From the IMG/VR virus record IMGVR_UViG_3300009528_000001: DNA of 20,000 bases, one strand, 5' to 3'. The notes beneath the pieces were generated by a model. That model had not been told where the DNA came from, did no database searches, and saw only the letters and a program-made list of their open reading frames with translations. This DNA is from an uncultured virus (IMG/VR IMGVR_UViG_3300009528_000001). Its lineage: Duplodnaviria > Heunggongvirae > Uroviricota > Caudoviricetes. Position numbers and translations under genes: made by a program. Positions 9,157-16,628 of this stretch are shown here, piece by piece. Numbering within the stretch: position 1 is the stretch's first letter; each line of letters begins with the position of its first letter.

Positions 9157-9909
9157 TTAACCCAATTCGTCAATCTTTCTTTTTAGGTCTTTTTTCTTTT
9201 TTTCTCTTTCTTGTTCTTTGTGCTTGTTGTACTGCTTTATATATTTATTATCCAACGTAATTTCGTGTTTTTTTGCTTCTCTCATGGCATATTCTCCCCG
9301 GTCATTATTAAACAAATCCTCCAACTTCTCCTTGAAGAATTCCAACGCCTCTTCCTTTGACGCAAAAGGCGTTCCCTGCCAATAAGAATCATTAATCTTT
9401 ACTAATAAAACAGCCGCCCTATTACTCCCAGATTCAAGCCTTAAATCAAGCGTTGATTTATAAATATTGTCAAAAGAATGTATTGATGCACAATACTGAT
9501 TGTAAGTAACAACGAAAGCAATTTTATCGGTAAAATAATCCGTCAATAAAGAAGGATTGCTGATAAATGACCCAACTTTTTTTATGGCGCGAGCAATTAC
9601 CATGTCATCATTATTCAGCTCGTTCTTGACGAGCCTTAACTCTTTTACTAAGTCCATTAACTCGTTGGTTAGTTTTCGTCTTCTTGATTTTTGCTCGAAT
9701 ATTTCCTTTTTTAAGCTAGCGATCTCCGTATGATATGATTGCACTGGAGGCATGTCCAATACTTCTTTCGCTGAGATAACTATGATATTTTCGTAATAAC
9801 AAGAGCATTCACCATCCTCACAATATAATAGGGGCCTAACGACCAATAAACCACTCGTTGTTTCATGCTCTACTGTTATTTCCCGCCCGTCTTTGAGATA
9901 TTTTTTCAT
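9157..9909 (-). CDS. Hypothetical coiled-coil protein
   Basis: 250-aa ORF with GGAGGGG RBS. Confidence 0.75.
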   Translation of the reverse strand: MKKYLKDGREITVEHETTSGLLVVRPLLYCEDGECSCYYENIIVISAKEVLDMPPVQSYHTEIASLKKEIFEQKSRRRKLTNELMDLVKELRLVKNELNNDDMVIARAIKKVGSFISNPSLLTDYFTDKIAFVVTYNQYCASIHSFDNIYKSTLDLRLESGSNRAAVLLVKINDSYWQGTPFASKEEALEFFKEKLEDLFNNDRGEYAMREAKKHEITLDNKYIKQYNKHKEQEREKKKKDLKRKIDELG

Positions 9910-10023
9910 CTTCCCCTCCGGTTAAGTTCCGTTCCATTGACACTCCACGTCTGCCCACTGACGGGGCGGAGATTGAGGGTTAATCGCCGTTATACGCCTT
10001 TTCCAAATTCTCGACCGGAAGAT

Positions 10024-10320
10024 TTACAAACTCCCTTCCTCCTCTGGGATAAACCGTATTCTTTGAAGCGAACAATCAATCATGATTATTTTGTGTCCAT
10101 TATCGCCCATTCGGGTACTAAGACCAAAACCAGTTTCTGTCCCCTCCCTTCCCTTCACAACTTCATCATAAATTATCCGGGTTAGATATTGCTCGTCATT
10201 CCATCGCCATCTCTTTGCAAGGGCTCTTTGAACCCGCCCGGCTAATTCATATCCGCCCCAATGTGTGTAAATCCAAACACCTGCAGTATCACTATTCTTT
10301 ATTACGACATTCGCCCTTAG
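10024..10320 (-). pseudogene. Start-less reading frame of a phage-type protein (RANVVIK..VWIYTHWGGYELA..RWNDEQYLTRIIYDE..ETGFGLS..DNGH)
   Basis: 98 open codons preceded by an in-frame TAA (10321-10323), with no ATG/GTG/TTG near the 5' end. Overlaps the 3' end of 10292..10654 in another frame. Confidence 0.65.
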
Positions 10321-10654
10321 TTAATCTAAATTCTTTAAGGGCGGCTTTAAAACCGATCAATTCTATAGAAGAAAGAAAATTAATGAATTCTGAATCAGGA
10401 TCAAACCATTCTCCATGAATCCTTCTGTCTTTGATCATTTCATGTAATATTTCTTCCTCTTCTTCAAACCCCTCAAAAGCTATCAATAGTTTTAATTTAT
10501 CGGGAGAACTAGATTGAATAGCCTTTATTCTTGCCTTCATTCGGGTTGTGCGCCCTATCTTAATCCTGTGAGTCATTTCACCTAAGAGCACGTAAATAAA
10601 CGATTTTCCTTTAGGTTTTATTCTCATTTTATTGGTCAATCTTGGTATTTTCAC
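10292..10654 (-). CDS. GIY-YIG superfamily protein, T5orf172/MUG113-type
   Basis: FIYVL..RIKIGRT..KARIKAIQSSSP..L..E..LHE...RIHGEWF matches the T5orf172 pattern. Confidence 0.85.
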   Translation of the reverse strand: MKIPRLTNKMRIKPKGKSFIYVLLGEMTHRIKIGRTTRMKARIKAIQSSSPDKLKLLIAFEGFEEEEEILHEMIKDRRIHGEWFDPDSEFINFLSSIELIGFKAALKEFRLTKGECRNKE

Positions 10655-10681
10655 AATGGTTTAATTCCCAATCACAAACTT

Positions 10682-10710
10682 ACTCTACCAAAAACAATTC
10701 ATTTTGTCAA
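10682..10710 (-). promoter_or_regulatory. Leftward sigma70-type promoter
   Basis: Minus strand TTGACA (10710-10705), 17 bp, TAGAGT (10687-10682), with TGn extended -10. Confidence 0.7.
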
Positions 10711-10725
10711 ATATTATTTTAAACA

Positions 10726-10754
10726 TTGACAAGATAAATAATAAATGGTATAAC
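10726..10754 (+). promoter_or_regulatory. Rightward sigma70-type promoter
   Basis: TTGACA (10726-10731), 17 bp, TATAAC (10749-10754), with TGn extended -10; AAGGAGG RBS and ATG at 10783 follow. Confidence 0.75.
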
Positions 10755-10782
10755 TTAAGAAATTAACTTAAAGGAGGGTAAG

Positions 10783-10971
10783 ATGGCGCTTAAACATGAT
10801 GTGAACGATTTTAAGACAATAATAGTAAGAGATGTCCCGTTGTGGCTAGATTATGTTGTCGAGCAAAGAATGAGGGATGAAAATTTCAAGGGAAATAAGA
10901 ATGACTTCATGCTTGAAATGATTCATAAAGCATGTGATGGCACTGAAGTCTACCAGAAGATGAAGAAATAA
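10783..10971 (+). CDS. Probable ribbon-helix-helix (Arc/FitA-like) regulator
   Basis: 62 aa; KTIIVRDVP strand followed by two helices (LWLDYVVEQRM, NKNDFMLEMIHKA); first gene after the divergent promoters. Confidence 0.6.
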   Translation: MALKHDVNDFKTIIVRDVPLWLDYVVEQRMRDENFKGNKNDFMLEMIHKACDGTEVYQKMKK

Positions 10972-11198
10972 TGGAGGTAATTTTAGGGTCATGGGAAACC
11001 GATATTATGAAACAAACAATAACAGTCTGCGATCACTGCCTAATGGCAAGCTGTTGGCAAGGTATTTTTATGTGCAATGAAAGTCTGGAGGCGGGAACGG
11101 TTGAAAAGACAGTGGAAGAACTTAAGGAATTAGCACTTGAGTCTGAAAGCTTCTGGGATATTGATCCTGATACGATGGTTGCCCGGTCATGGAGTTGA
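10971..11198 (+). CDS. Cys-containing phage hypothetical protein
   Basis: TITVCDHCLMASCWQGIFMC motif; start may be the internal MKQT. Confidence 0.65.
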   Translation: MEVILGSWETDIMKQTITVCDHCLMASCWQGIFMCNESLEAGTVEKTVEELKELALESESFWDIDPDTMVARSWS

Positions 11199-11200
11199 TA

Positions 11201-11380
11201 ATGAGTGAAATTATTCACAAAACAGATGACCGACATGCCGATGATTGTAAATGCCCAGAATGCTTTGATGGTAAATGTACAAACACAGAACCGGTATTTT
11301 CAACCCCCAAGGGTGCCGTTTATCGTTCTGAGTGCAATGACGATTGTCAAAATTGTGAATACTGGGTGGAGGTAAAATGA
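11201..11380 (+). CDS. Small Cys-rich hypothetical protein
   Basis: GGAG RBS before the ATG at 11201; CxCxxC and CxxxCxxC motifs; ATGA overlap with the next gene. Confidence 0.6.
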   Translation: MSEIIHKTDDRHADDCKCPECFDGKCTNTEPVFSTPKGAVYRSECNDDCQNCEYWVEVK

Positions 11381-11643
11381 AAATAAAACAATTAGAACCT
11401 GGGAAGCTTAAACAATTCATAGACGAACTTACCGAAGCTTGGGATCATAATTATGGGACAATGAGTTATTCTGGCGCAATTAATGGCGAGCCGGAGGAAT
11501 GGTCACTAGAACTGTCAACTGGCGGATGGTCTCACAATGAGGACATTATAGAAGATTTACAGAAGTACAACTTCTTCTGGTTTATCTATTGGCAGAAATC
11601 CGAGCGAGGTGGTCATTACTGTTTCGGTCCGGGGGAGAAATGA
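11377..11643 (+). CDS. Phage hypothetical protein
   Basis: GGAGG RBS; LELSTGGWSHNEDII..FW..YW..SERGGHY motif. Confidence 0.75.
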   Translation: MKIKQLEPGKLKQFIDELTEAWDHNYGTMSYSGAINGEPEEWSLELSTGGWSHNEDIIEDLQKYNFFWFIYWQKSERGGHYCFGPGEK

Positions 11644-12215
11644 AAACCATCAGCATCCAGCGCCCCTGGCCGGAGGCCATTTTCCGGGAAGAGAAAACCA
11701 TCGAATGCCGGAGTTGGAAGACTGATTATCGCGGGACTCTCGCCATTCACGTTTCGCAAAAAGCTTGGTGTGATAATTTGTTTGACGAAAGTTATTATCA
11801 AGTAAAGGGCAAGATTGTCGGAACGGTTGAGCTCATAAATATTATTGAGTTTTTTGGACAAAATACTTTCCATTACTTTAATGATATGCATTTGATCCCC
11901 ATGGGAAACTGGACAAAATACGGATGGGTTCTTGAAAACCCGGTAAGATTTGCAACTCCGATACCCTATAGGGGGAAGTTGGGGTTGTGGGAATCACCCC
12001 GGCATGCTGATTTGTGCAAACATGCCAGTGCTTTTGAACGCGGTTTACTGGACTCTACTCATTGTTGTGGAGTTGATGTAGTGTCAGATGATGGCAAAAC
12101 GTGGTTTGAGTCTATCGACGATGTTAGGATGATAAACGCCGATGGGGGCGGTTGCGATGATTACGAGAGGTGGGAGAAGAATGGACACGACAGAACTAAA
12201 TATAAAGATGTGTGA
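11640..12215 (+). CDS. ASCH domain protein (start revised to MKTISIQRPW)
   Basis: KTISIQRPW..I....KTIECRSWKTDYRGTLAIH...GKIVGTVEL...W.LENP.....PIPYRGKLGLW is the canonical ASCH pattern; ATGA overlap. Confidence 0.9.
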   Translation: MKTISIQRPWPEAIFREEKTIECRSWKTDYRGTLAIHVSQKAWCDNLFDESYYQVKGKIVGTVELINIIEFFGQNTFHYFNDMHLIPMGNWTKYGWVLENPVRFATPIPYRGKLGLWESPRHADLCKHASAFERGLLDSTHCCGVDVVSDDGKTWFESIDDVRMINADGGGCDDYERWEKNGHDRTKYKDV

Positions 12216-12615
12216 GAAGGCGGTTGAGGTTCAGGAATTGTGGAAACCTGTAGTCGGTGATTATGTTGCATTGTCACGATTTCCAGGACAAGGGTTTCTC
12301 TTGGAAATAAAAACAAAAGGACATGAAGCTCGGCCGCTTTATCAAGTAGAACATGGGTTTAATAATCAATACAGATCGGAATTGATTTGGCTCCCAAGAC
12401 AGGATCAGTTGCAGGATATGTTAAAGGAAAAACTTCCTATTTTTTCAGACAAGGGCTTGACGAAGCTTCTAAATATCTTTACCGATAGCGTTTTGTTAAA
12501 GACATTAGAGATTGGAATAATAAGGAAAATGTCTTTCGAACAATTATGGTTAGCCTTTGTCATGGAAGAGAAGTTCAATCTCACCTGGAACGGAGAGGAT
12601 TGGGAGGCGAGATGA
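12181..12615 (+). CDS. Phage hypothetical protein (start revised to MDTTEL)
   Basis: GGAG RBS; IKMCEKA..Q, WLPRQDQLQDM and SFEQLWLAFVMEEK motifs. Confidence 0.75.
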   Translation: MDTTELNIKMCEKAVEVQELWKPVVGDYVALSRFPGQGFLLEIKTKGHEARPLYQVEHGFNNQYRSELIWLPRQDQLQDMLKEKLPIFSDKGLTKLLNIFTDSVLLKTLEIGIIRKMSFEQLWLAFVMEEKFNLTWNGEDWEAR

Positions 12616-12680
12616 CAAGAGAAGAGGCAAAAGAAGTATTTGGAATGAGGGTTTCCCGCTTGAGGACTGTGAGCTTGTAG
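12612..12680 (+). pseudogene. 22-codon fragment resembling the N-terminus of an XRE HTH protein
   Basis: MTREEAKEVFGMRVSRLRTVSL*; GGAGG RBS and ATGA coupling; stops 4 nt before the first TTGACA repeat. Confidence 0.4.
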
Positions 12681-12710
12681 ATATTTGACACCCCTTTTGA
12701 AAGGAAGATT

Positions 12711-13031
12711 ATGACTAGAGGCGAGAAAATAAAACAACGGCGGCTTGATTTAAAGCTGAGTCAACGACAATTGGGGAAAATGACAGGTATAACAGCCGCA
12801 TTCATGTGCCAAATCGAGAAAGGGAACCGGTCTTTTTCTATTGATATTCTAATAAAATTATCAAAAGCCCTTAACTTGCCCCCTGAAAGAATAATTTCTT
12901 TTGAATTGCCAGAAGAAAAGCCCCAACTTGACAGGATTGAAGAGAAGTTGAAAACCATATTAGATTTTCTTGAACAAAACTACCCTAACTCTATTTCAAA
13001 TTATGACATTCAATTAAAGAAAGAAACTTGA
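12711..13031 (+). CDS. XRE-family HTH transcriptional regulator
   Basis: GEKIKQRRLDLKLSQRQLGKMTGITAAFMCQIEKGNRSFSIDILIKLSKAL; stop TGA lies inside repeat copy 2. Confidence 0.9.
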   Translation: MTRGEKIKQRRLDLKLSQRQLGKMTGITAAFMCQIEKGNRSFSIDILIKLSKALNLPPERIISFELPEEKPQLDRIEEKLKTILDFLEQNYPNSISNYDIQLKKET

Positions 13032-13066
13032 CACCCCTTTTTTTACGAGATAGAAAGGATAATACA

Positions 13067-13191
13067 ATGAGACCCTATCGACCAATATCACCAGGAGAAA
13101 TTCTCAAGGAAGAGCTTGATGCCCGACATTGGGATGAAAAAATACTTGGGGCAATCATTAATAGGTCTGTTCAATATGTAATAAATATTAA
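13067..13191 (+). pseudogene. 5' part of a HigA-like (XRE) gene, cut by the IS
   Basis: Manual translation MRPYRPISPGEILKEELDARHWDEKILGAIINRSVQYVINI matches the HigA-type PGEILKEE start; runs into the IS terminal repeat at 13192. Confidence 0.75.
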
Positions 13192-13277
13192 CGGAATTAT
13201 CCCCTAACGTACAGTTTTTTGTTGATTTAGGTTGATATACTTGATACCCTCTTTGTTAATTATTATAAGGAGGTATC

Positions 13278-13772
13278 ATGGCGGATAAATTGTTTGATAT
13301 TGTATTTAGTTTCATAATTAATAGGTGGAGTATGGTTCAATCAGTGCCATTAGAGATTTATTTGATCTACTCATTATTGTTCTATTTTATATTTAATTGG
13401 CGTTATAGGGATATTTTCAAAACGAAAGATGAGACTATAAGCGCATTAAAAAACCAAATAAAGCACGCAGGTAAGAACACGCAAGAATCGCCTGACAATA
13501 CAACAAAAAGCTTGAAGAAACAATTAATAGAGTTATCAGATGCAATAGTCGTATTTGTTTCTAAATGCGAAGAAGATGATATGCTAATCCATGATGTATT
13601 AGAAGATTATCGAGTTCATTATAATAACAACGTAGTGCTACTCTATGAACAAGCGAAAGAACAAGGATATTCAGATGATATCCTGGATAATATTTATAGA
13701 CGGCCGCCGCTCCTTAGTTATATGAGTGCCATTGCAAAGAAATTAAGAGTAGTGTCTGATAAAATGCCTTAA
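13278..13772 (+). CDS. IS passenger gene: hypothetical protein with an N-terminal transmembrane segment
   Basis: AAGGAGG RBS; hydrophobic IYLIYSLLFYFIFNW; its stop overlaps the transposase stop (TTAA 13769-13772); lies inside the TIRs. Confidence 0.8.
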   Translation: MADKLFDIVFSFIINRWSMVQSVPLEIYLIYSLLFYFIFNWRYRDIFKTKDETISALKNQIKHAGKNTQESPDNTTKSLKKQLIELSDAIVVFVSKCEEDDMLIHDVLEDYRVHYNNNVVLLYEQAKEQGYSDDILDNIYRRPPLLSYMSAIAKKLRVVSDKMP

Positions 13773-14659
13773 CCTAAAATTGCCTGGCTTAAAACCAAAT
13801 CGAACATATTGGAATCAGATCTATTGTTCCAGCGAAAACAAAACTCGTTAATGTAATTTTGCAAATACTTAACCGACACATGATAATAAATACCGTAAAT
13901 ACCGCGTTTTAATGTAGCCCAGAAAGATTCAATATTGTTTGTATGAATATCGCCATTTGAATATTCAACTGTATGATCTATCCTCAAATGTGCATGGTTA
14001 GTCGAGGAAAACTTGTTGTATCCCTTGAATTCATCAGTAACTATTATGGAATTTTCTTTACTGTGTTTGTCCAAAATAGAAAGTAATTGAATGCCAGTTA
14101 ATTTCTTTCCTAATCCGTCTGGAACAGCTACTTCAGCATGGACTTTCTTATTGTCTCTGTCGGCCACTCCTACAACTGGAGATTTTTTAGTACCCCTGCC
14201 TCTTTTATTGTTTTCATCATCGTTATTGTTCTTTTTAGGTTTCCCGCCAATATATGTTTCATCCATTTCAAGGACTGTTTCATTAAATTTATTGTCTCGT
14301 TCATTTCCCATAGATATTCTTATTTGCTTGAGCATTCTCCAGGCTGTCTTGTATGTAACACCAATCTCTCGTTGTAATTGTAGGCCAGATATGCCTTTCT
14401 TGCCATTCAAGAAAAGATGGATAGCATACATCCATTTTCGGAGATCAGTTGATGTTTTCTCAAAGATGGTGTCTTTGAAAATAGAAAAATTATTCTTACA
14501 ATCATTACAAGCAAAAACTTTTGGATATTTATGTCTTTGATAAACTTTAAGCGATCCGCAATGATTACAAGCAACTTCTTTGCCATAACGGATAGCAATA
14601 AAATGATCTATAACTTTTTTTTCTGTTGGAAACTTATTTAAAAACTCAATGAATGTCAT
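13769..14659 (-). CDS. IS1595-family (ISXO2-like) DDE transposase, 296 aa (start revised to MTFIEF)
   Basis: Zinc ribbon CNHC..CNDC, HTH ISGLQLQREIGVTYKTAWRM, catalytic EMDETYIGG / TDEF / HTNNIESFW, YINEFCFRWN; AAAAGGAG RBS. Confidence 0.95.
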   Translation of the reverse strand: MTFIEFLNKFPTEKKVIDHFIAIRYGKEVACNHCGSLKVYQRHKYPKVFACNDCKNNFSIFKDTIFEKTSTDLRKWMYAIHLFLNGKKGISGLQLQREIGVTYKTAWRMLKQIRISMGNERDNKFNETVLEMDETYIGGKPKKNNNDDENNKRGRGTKKSPVVGVADRDNKKVHAEVAVPDGLGKKLTGIQLLSILDKHSKENSIIVTDEFKGYNKFSSTNHAHLRIDHTVEYSNGDIHTNNIESFWATLKRGIYGIYYHVSVKYLQNYINEFCFRWNNRSDSNMFDLVLSQAILG

Positions 14660-14694
14660 GGTACGCTCCTTTTGTGTCGTTAACTTATACTTTA

Positions 14695-14722
14695 AGTATA
14701 CCATGATTTTACTGTATGTCAA
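14695..14722 (-). promoter_or_regulatory. Transposase promoter overlapping the terminal inverted repeat
   Basis: Minus strand TTGACA (14722-14717), 16 bp, TATACT (14700-14695), with TGn extended -10. Confidence 0.7.
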
Positions 14723-14734
14723 GGGATAATTCCG

Positions 14735-14893
14735 AAATATAATCCAGAAAGATATGATTATGGGATAATAAAAGAAAGCTTTGTTTGTGGTTGTTCATCT
14801 TTTTCTAGTGCGAAAGATGGCAAGTTTACAATCAATACCTTCTGCACTGAATGTACTAAAATGATAGAGTTTCCCAAAAATAACCCGGCTTGA
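14735..14893 (+). pseudogene. Start-less 3' gene fragment right of the IS (CxC...CxxC), ending in repeat copy 3
   Basis: Open frame KYNPERYDYGIIKESFVCGCSSFSSAKDGKFTINTFCTECTKMIEFPKNNPA*, whose TGA is part of TTGACA at 14890. Confidence 0.6.
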
Positions 14894-14914
14894 CACCCCT
14901 TTGAAAGGAAGATT

Positions 14915-15160
14915 ATGAATAATTTAAGTTTCCAAGGTTTAACGGAAGATGGTTTTAATAGAAGATGTCGGGATTTATATTCAGACAACAGACTTGTAAT
15001 GATTTACAAAGATGGTGATGCCTGGTGTGCCTTGATTGGAGAGAATATACAAGAAGGTCATGCCGGATTTGGGAACACCGTTGAAGATGCCTTAATTGAC
15101 CTTGCTAATGGTTTAAAAGCAAACTGTTCGGATTATATAAATAATGAGGGGGAATTATAA
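14915..15160 (+). CDS. Small phage protein, possibly HicB-like fold
   Basis: IYKDGDAWCALIGENIQEGHAGFGNTVEDALIDL; RBS directly follows repeat copy 3. Confidence 0.75.
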   Translation: MNNLSFQGLTEDGFNRRCRDLYSDNRLVMIYKDGDAWCALIGENIQEGHAGFGNTVEDALIDLANGLKANCSDYINNEGEL

Positions 15161-15336
15161 TGGTTGTCGTAATCGGGCAGCGGTCCCCAAAAAACAAAAT
15201 ATTATCTTGTAATTATTGTAAATGGTCAAACATTCAGCCAAGACCTGATTGGTGTACAAGGGAACACAATGGATGTGGAAGATCGGCAGGTATAAATGAT
15301 AATAGATTCTTTGAAGAAGCGGCGAGAAACCCTTGA
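15160..15336 (+). CDS. Small 58-aa Cys-rich protein (not in the ORF track)
   Basis: MVVVIGQRSPKNKILSCNYCKWSNIQPRPDWCTREHNGCGRSAGINDNRFFEEAARNP*; GAGGGGG RBS; TAATG coupling; stop lies inside repeat copy 4. Confidence 0.65.
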   Translation: MVVVIGQRSPKNKILSCNYCKWSNIQPRPDWCTREHNGCGRSAGINDNRFFEEAARNP

Positions 15337-15361
15337 CACCCCCTTTTTTTGAGGATGAAAA

Positions 15362-15784
15362 ATGGATCACGATGAATTAGTCTTGCGAGCCGGTATATGG
15401 CTCAAGAATAGCATGCGGTGCCGTCCTGTGTTGTTAGAATGCTCAACGATGTATGGCATAGAAATACCTGATGCCCTTGGTTTTGTAACCGGCACTGGCT
15501 CGTCAATCTTGATAGAATGCAAAGCCAGTAAGGGTGATTTTAGTTCAGATAGAAGTAAAATATTCAGAAAAAATCCGGAAATAGGAATGGGTGTGAAAAG
15601 ATATTTCATGGTGGATAAAGACTTTATAATCCCTGGATCATTGCCGGATAACTGGGGATTGTTGAGGGTCTGGCCGAAACAAGTAAGGATCATAAAACAA
15701 TCTGGTGGATTCAATGCCGACAGGAATGCAGAAATTAAATTATTATTGTCGCATATCTGGAAGTTGGGGAATAACCCGGCTTGA
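15362..15784 (+). CDS. PD-(D/E)xK nuclease-fold protein (MmcB-like)
   Basis: HDELV..., EIPDALGF, ILIECKASKGDF.SD, GMGVKRYF motifs; stop lies inside repeat copy 5. Confidence 0.75.
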   Translation: MDHDELVLRAGIWLKNSMRCRPVLLECSTMYGIEIPDALGFVTGTGSSILIECKASKGDFSSDRSKIFRKNPEIGMGVKRYFMVDKDFIIPGSLPDNWGLLRVWPKQVRIIKQSGGFNADRNAEIKLLLSHIWKLGNNPA

Positions 15785-15807
15785 CACCCCCCTTTTGAAA
15801 GGAAGAC

Positions 15808-16149
15808 ATGGAACCTAAAAATATTAGACGCAGGCCTTCAATTACACATTTTTCCCGTATTATGGAAAAAGTTCTAAGAAACAATGATCATAAACAAGGA
15901 TGGTCTGATCTTCGGTTCGACATCCTTCTCACTCGCATCAGGCAGGAAACTGACGAACTGCTATATGCTCACTTCCGGAATAAGCTAGATACATTTGAAG
16001 AAAAACCATTAACCGAAAAACAAGTTGTTGAATTTGTAGCTGAATGTGCCGACATTGCCAACTTCGCAATGATGCTTTCTGAAAACATGATTCGTCGTTT
16101 TTCACAGAAAGACACACTAGAACGATATGATTTTGACTTTTTCTTTTAA
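15808..16149 (+). CDS. MazG-like all-alpha NTP pyrophosphatase-fold protein
   Basis: RIRQETDEL ... ECADIANFAMML gives the ExxE...ExxD metal-binding pattern. Confidence 0.7.
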   Translation: MEPKNIRRRPSITHFSRIMEKVLRNNDHKQGWSDLRFDILLTRIRQETDELLYAHFRNKLDTFEEKPLTEKQVVEFVAECADIANFAMMLSENMIRRFSQKDTLERYDFDFFF

Positions 16150-16213
16150 CCGTATTTTCTGAGGGGCGAGGGCTTAATTGGCACTTGGCACCCCTTTTTT
16201 TGTGGAGAAAAAA

Positions 16214-16621
16214 ATGGCAGGACTAAAACCCCAAGGACATTCTTCTGGTGGCAGTGATCTATTAGAGAGAGAATCTTTGTCGGATACTATTGCAAGGCGT
16301 TTGGATTTAGTTAAAGAGCTGCATCTCATTGAGGGCAAATTGTCTGTAGTAAATTCATTAATTAAGAGGGGCGAAATTCACCATAATTGTGACTTGCAAA
16401 AAAACATTCAACAAAGACAAATATTAATATTAGAGAAAAACAATATTATTGATTTATTAATTACTTTCAAGGATGTTATAAATAAGAAAAAACAGTCCGT
16501 AGTGGATGGGCCGGGAAGTAAAGATAAGATATTATTACATATAGAGGAAGAGCTAAATAGCATAAAATGCCAATTGCATGACTTAATAGATATTATTAGA
16601 TTTGCTATCGAGAAAGAATAA
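16214..16621 (+). CDS. Hypothetical coiled-coil protein (start revised to MAGLKP)
   Basis: GGAG RBS directly after repeat copy 6; ATG at 16214. Confidence 0.7.
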   Translation: MAGLKPQGHSSGGSDLLERESLSDTIARRLDLVKELHLIEGKLSVVNSLIKRGEIHHNCDLQKNIQQRQILILEKNNIIDLLITFKDVINKKKQSVVDGPGSKDKILLHIEEELNSIKCQLHDLIDIIRFAIEKE

Positions 16622-16628
16622 ATGCGGC

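Larger units (their letters stand above)
13192..14734 (-). mobile_element. IS1595-family insertion sequence with a passenger gene (1543 bp)
   Basis: Terminal inverted repeats CGGAATTATCCCCTAACGTACAGT (13192-13215) and reverse complement of 14711-14734, CGGAATTATCCCTTGACATACAGT (21/24 identical). Encloses the transposase and one extra ORF. Flanks are AT-rich but not a perfect duplication. Confidence 0.9.

Noticed and set aside
9942..9997. GC-rich hairpin TCTGCCC/GGGCGGA
   Set aside because: The stem is only about 7 bp, pairs better on the non-transcribed strand and has no U tract, so there is too little support.
14660..14722. ORF-track N-terminal extension of the transposase
   Set aside because: It lies in the terminal repeat/promoter, and a strong RBS precedes ATG 14659.
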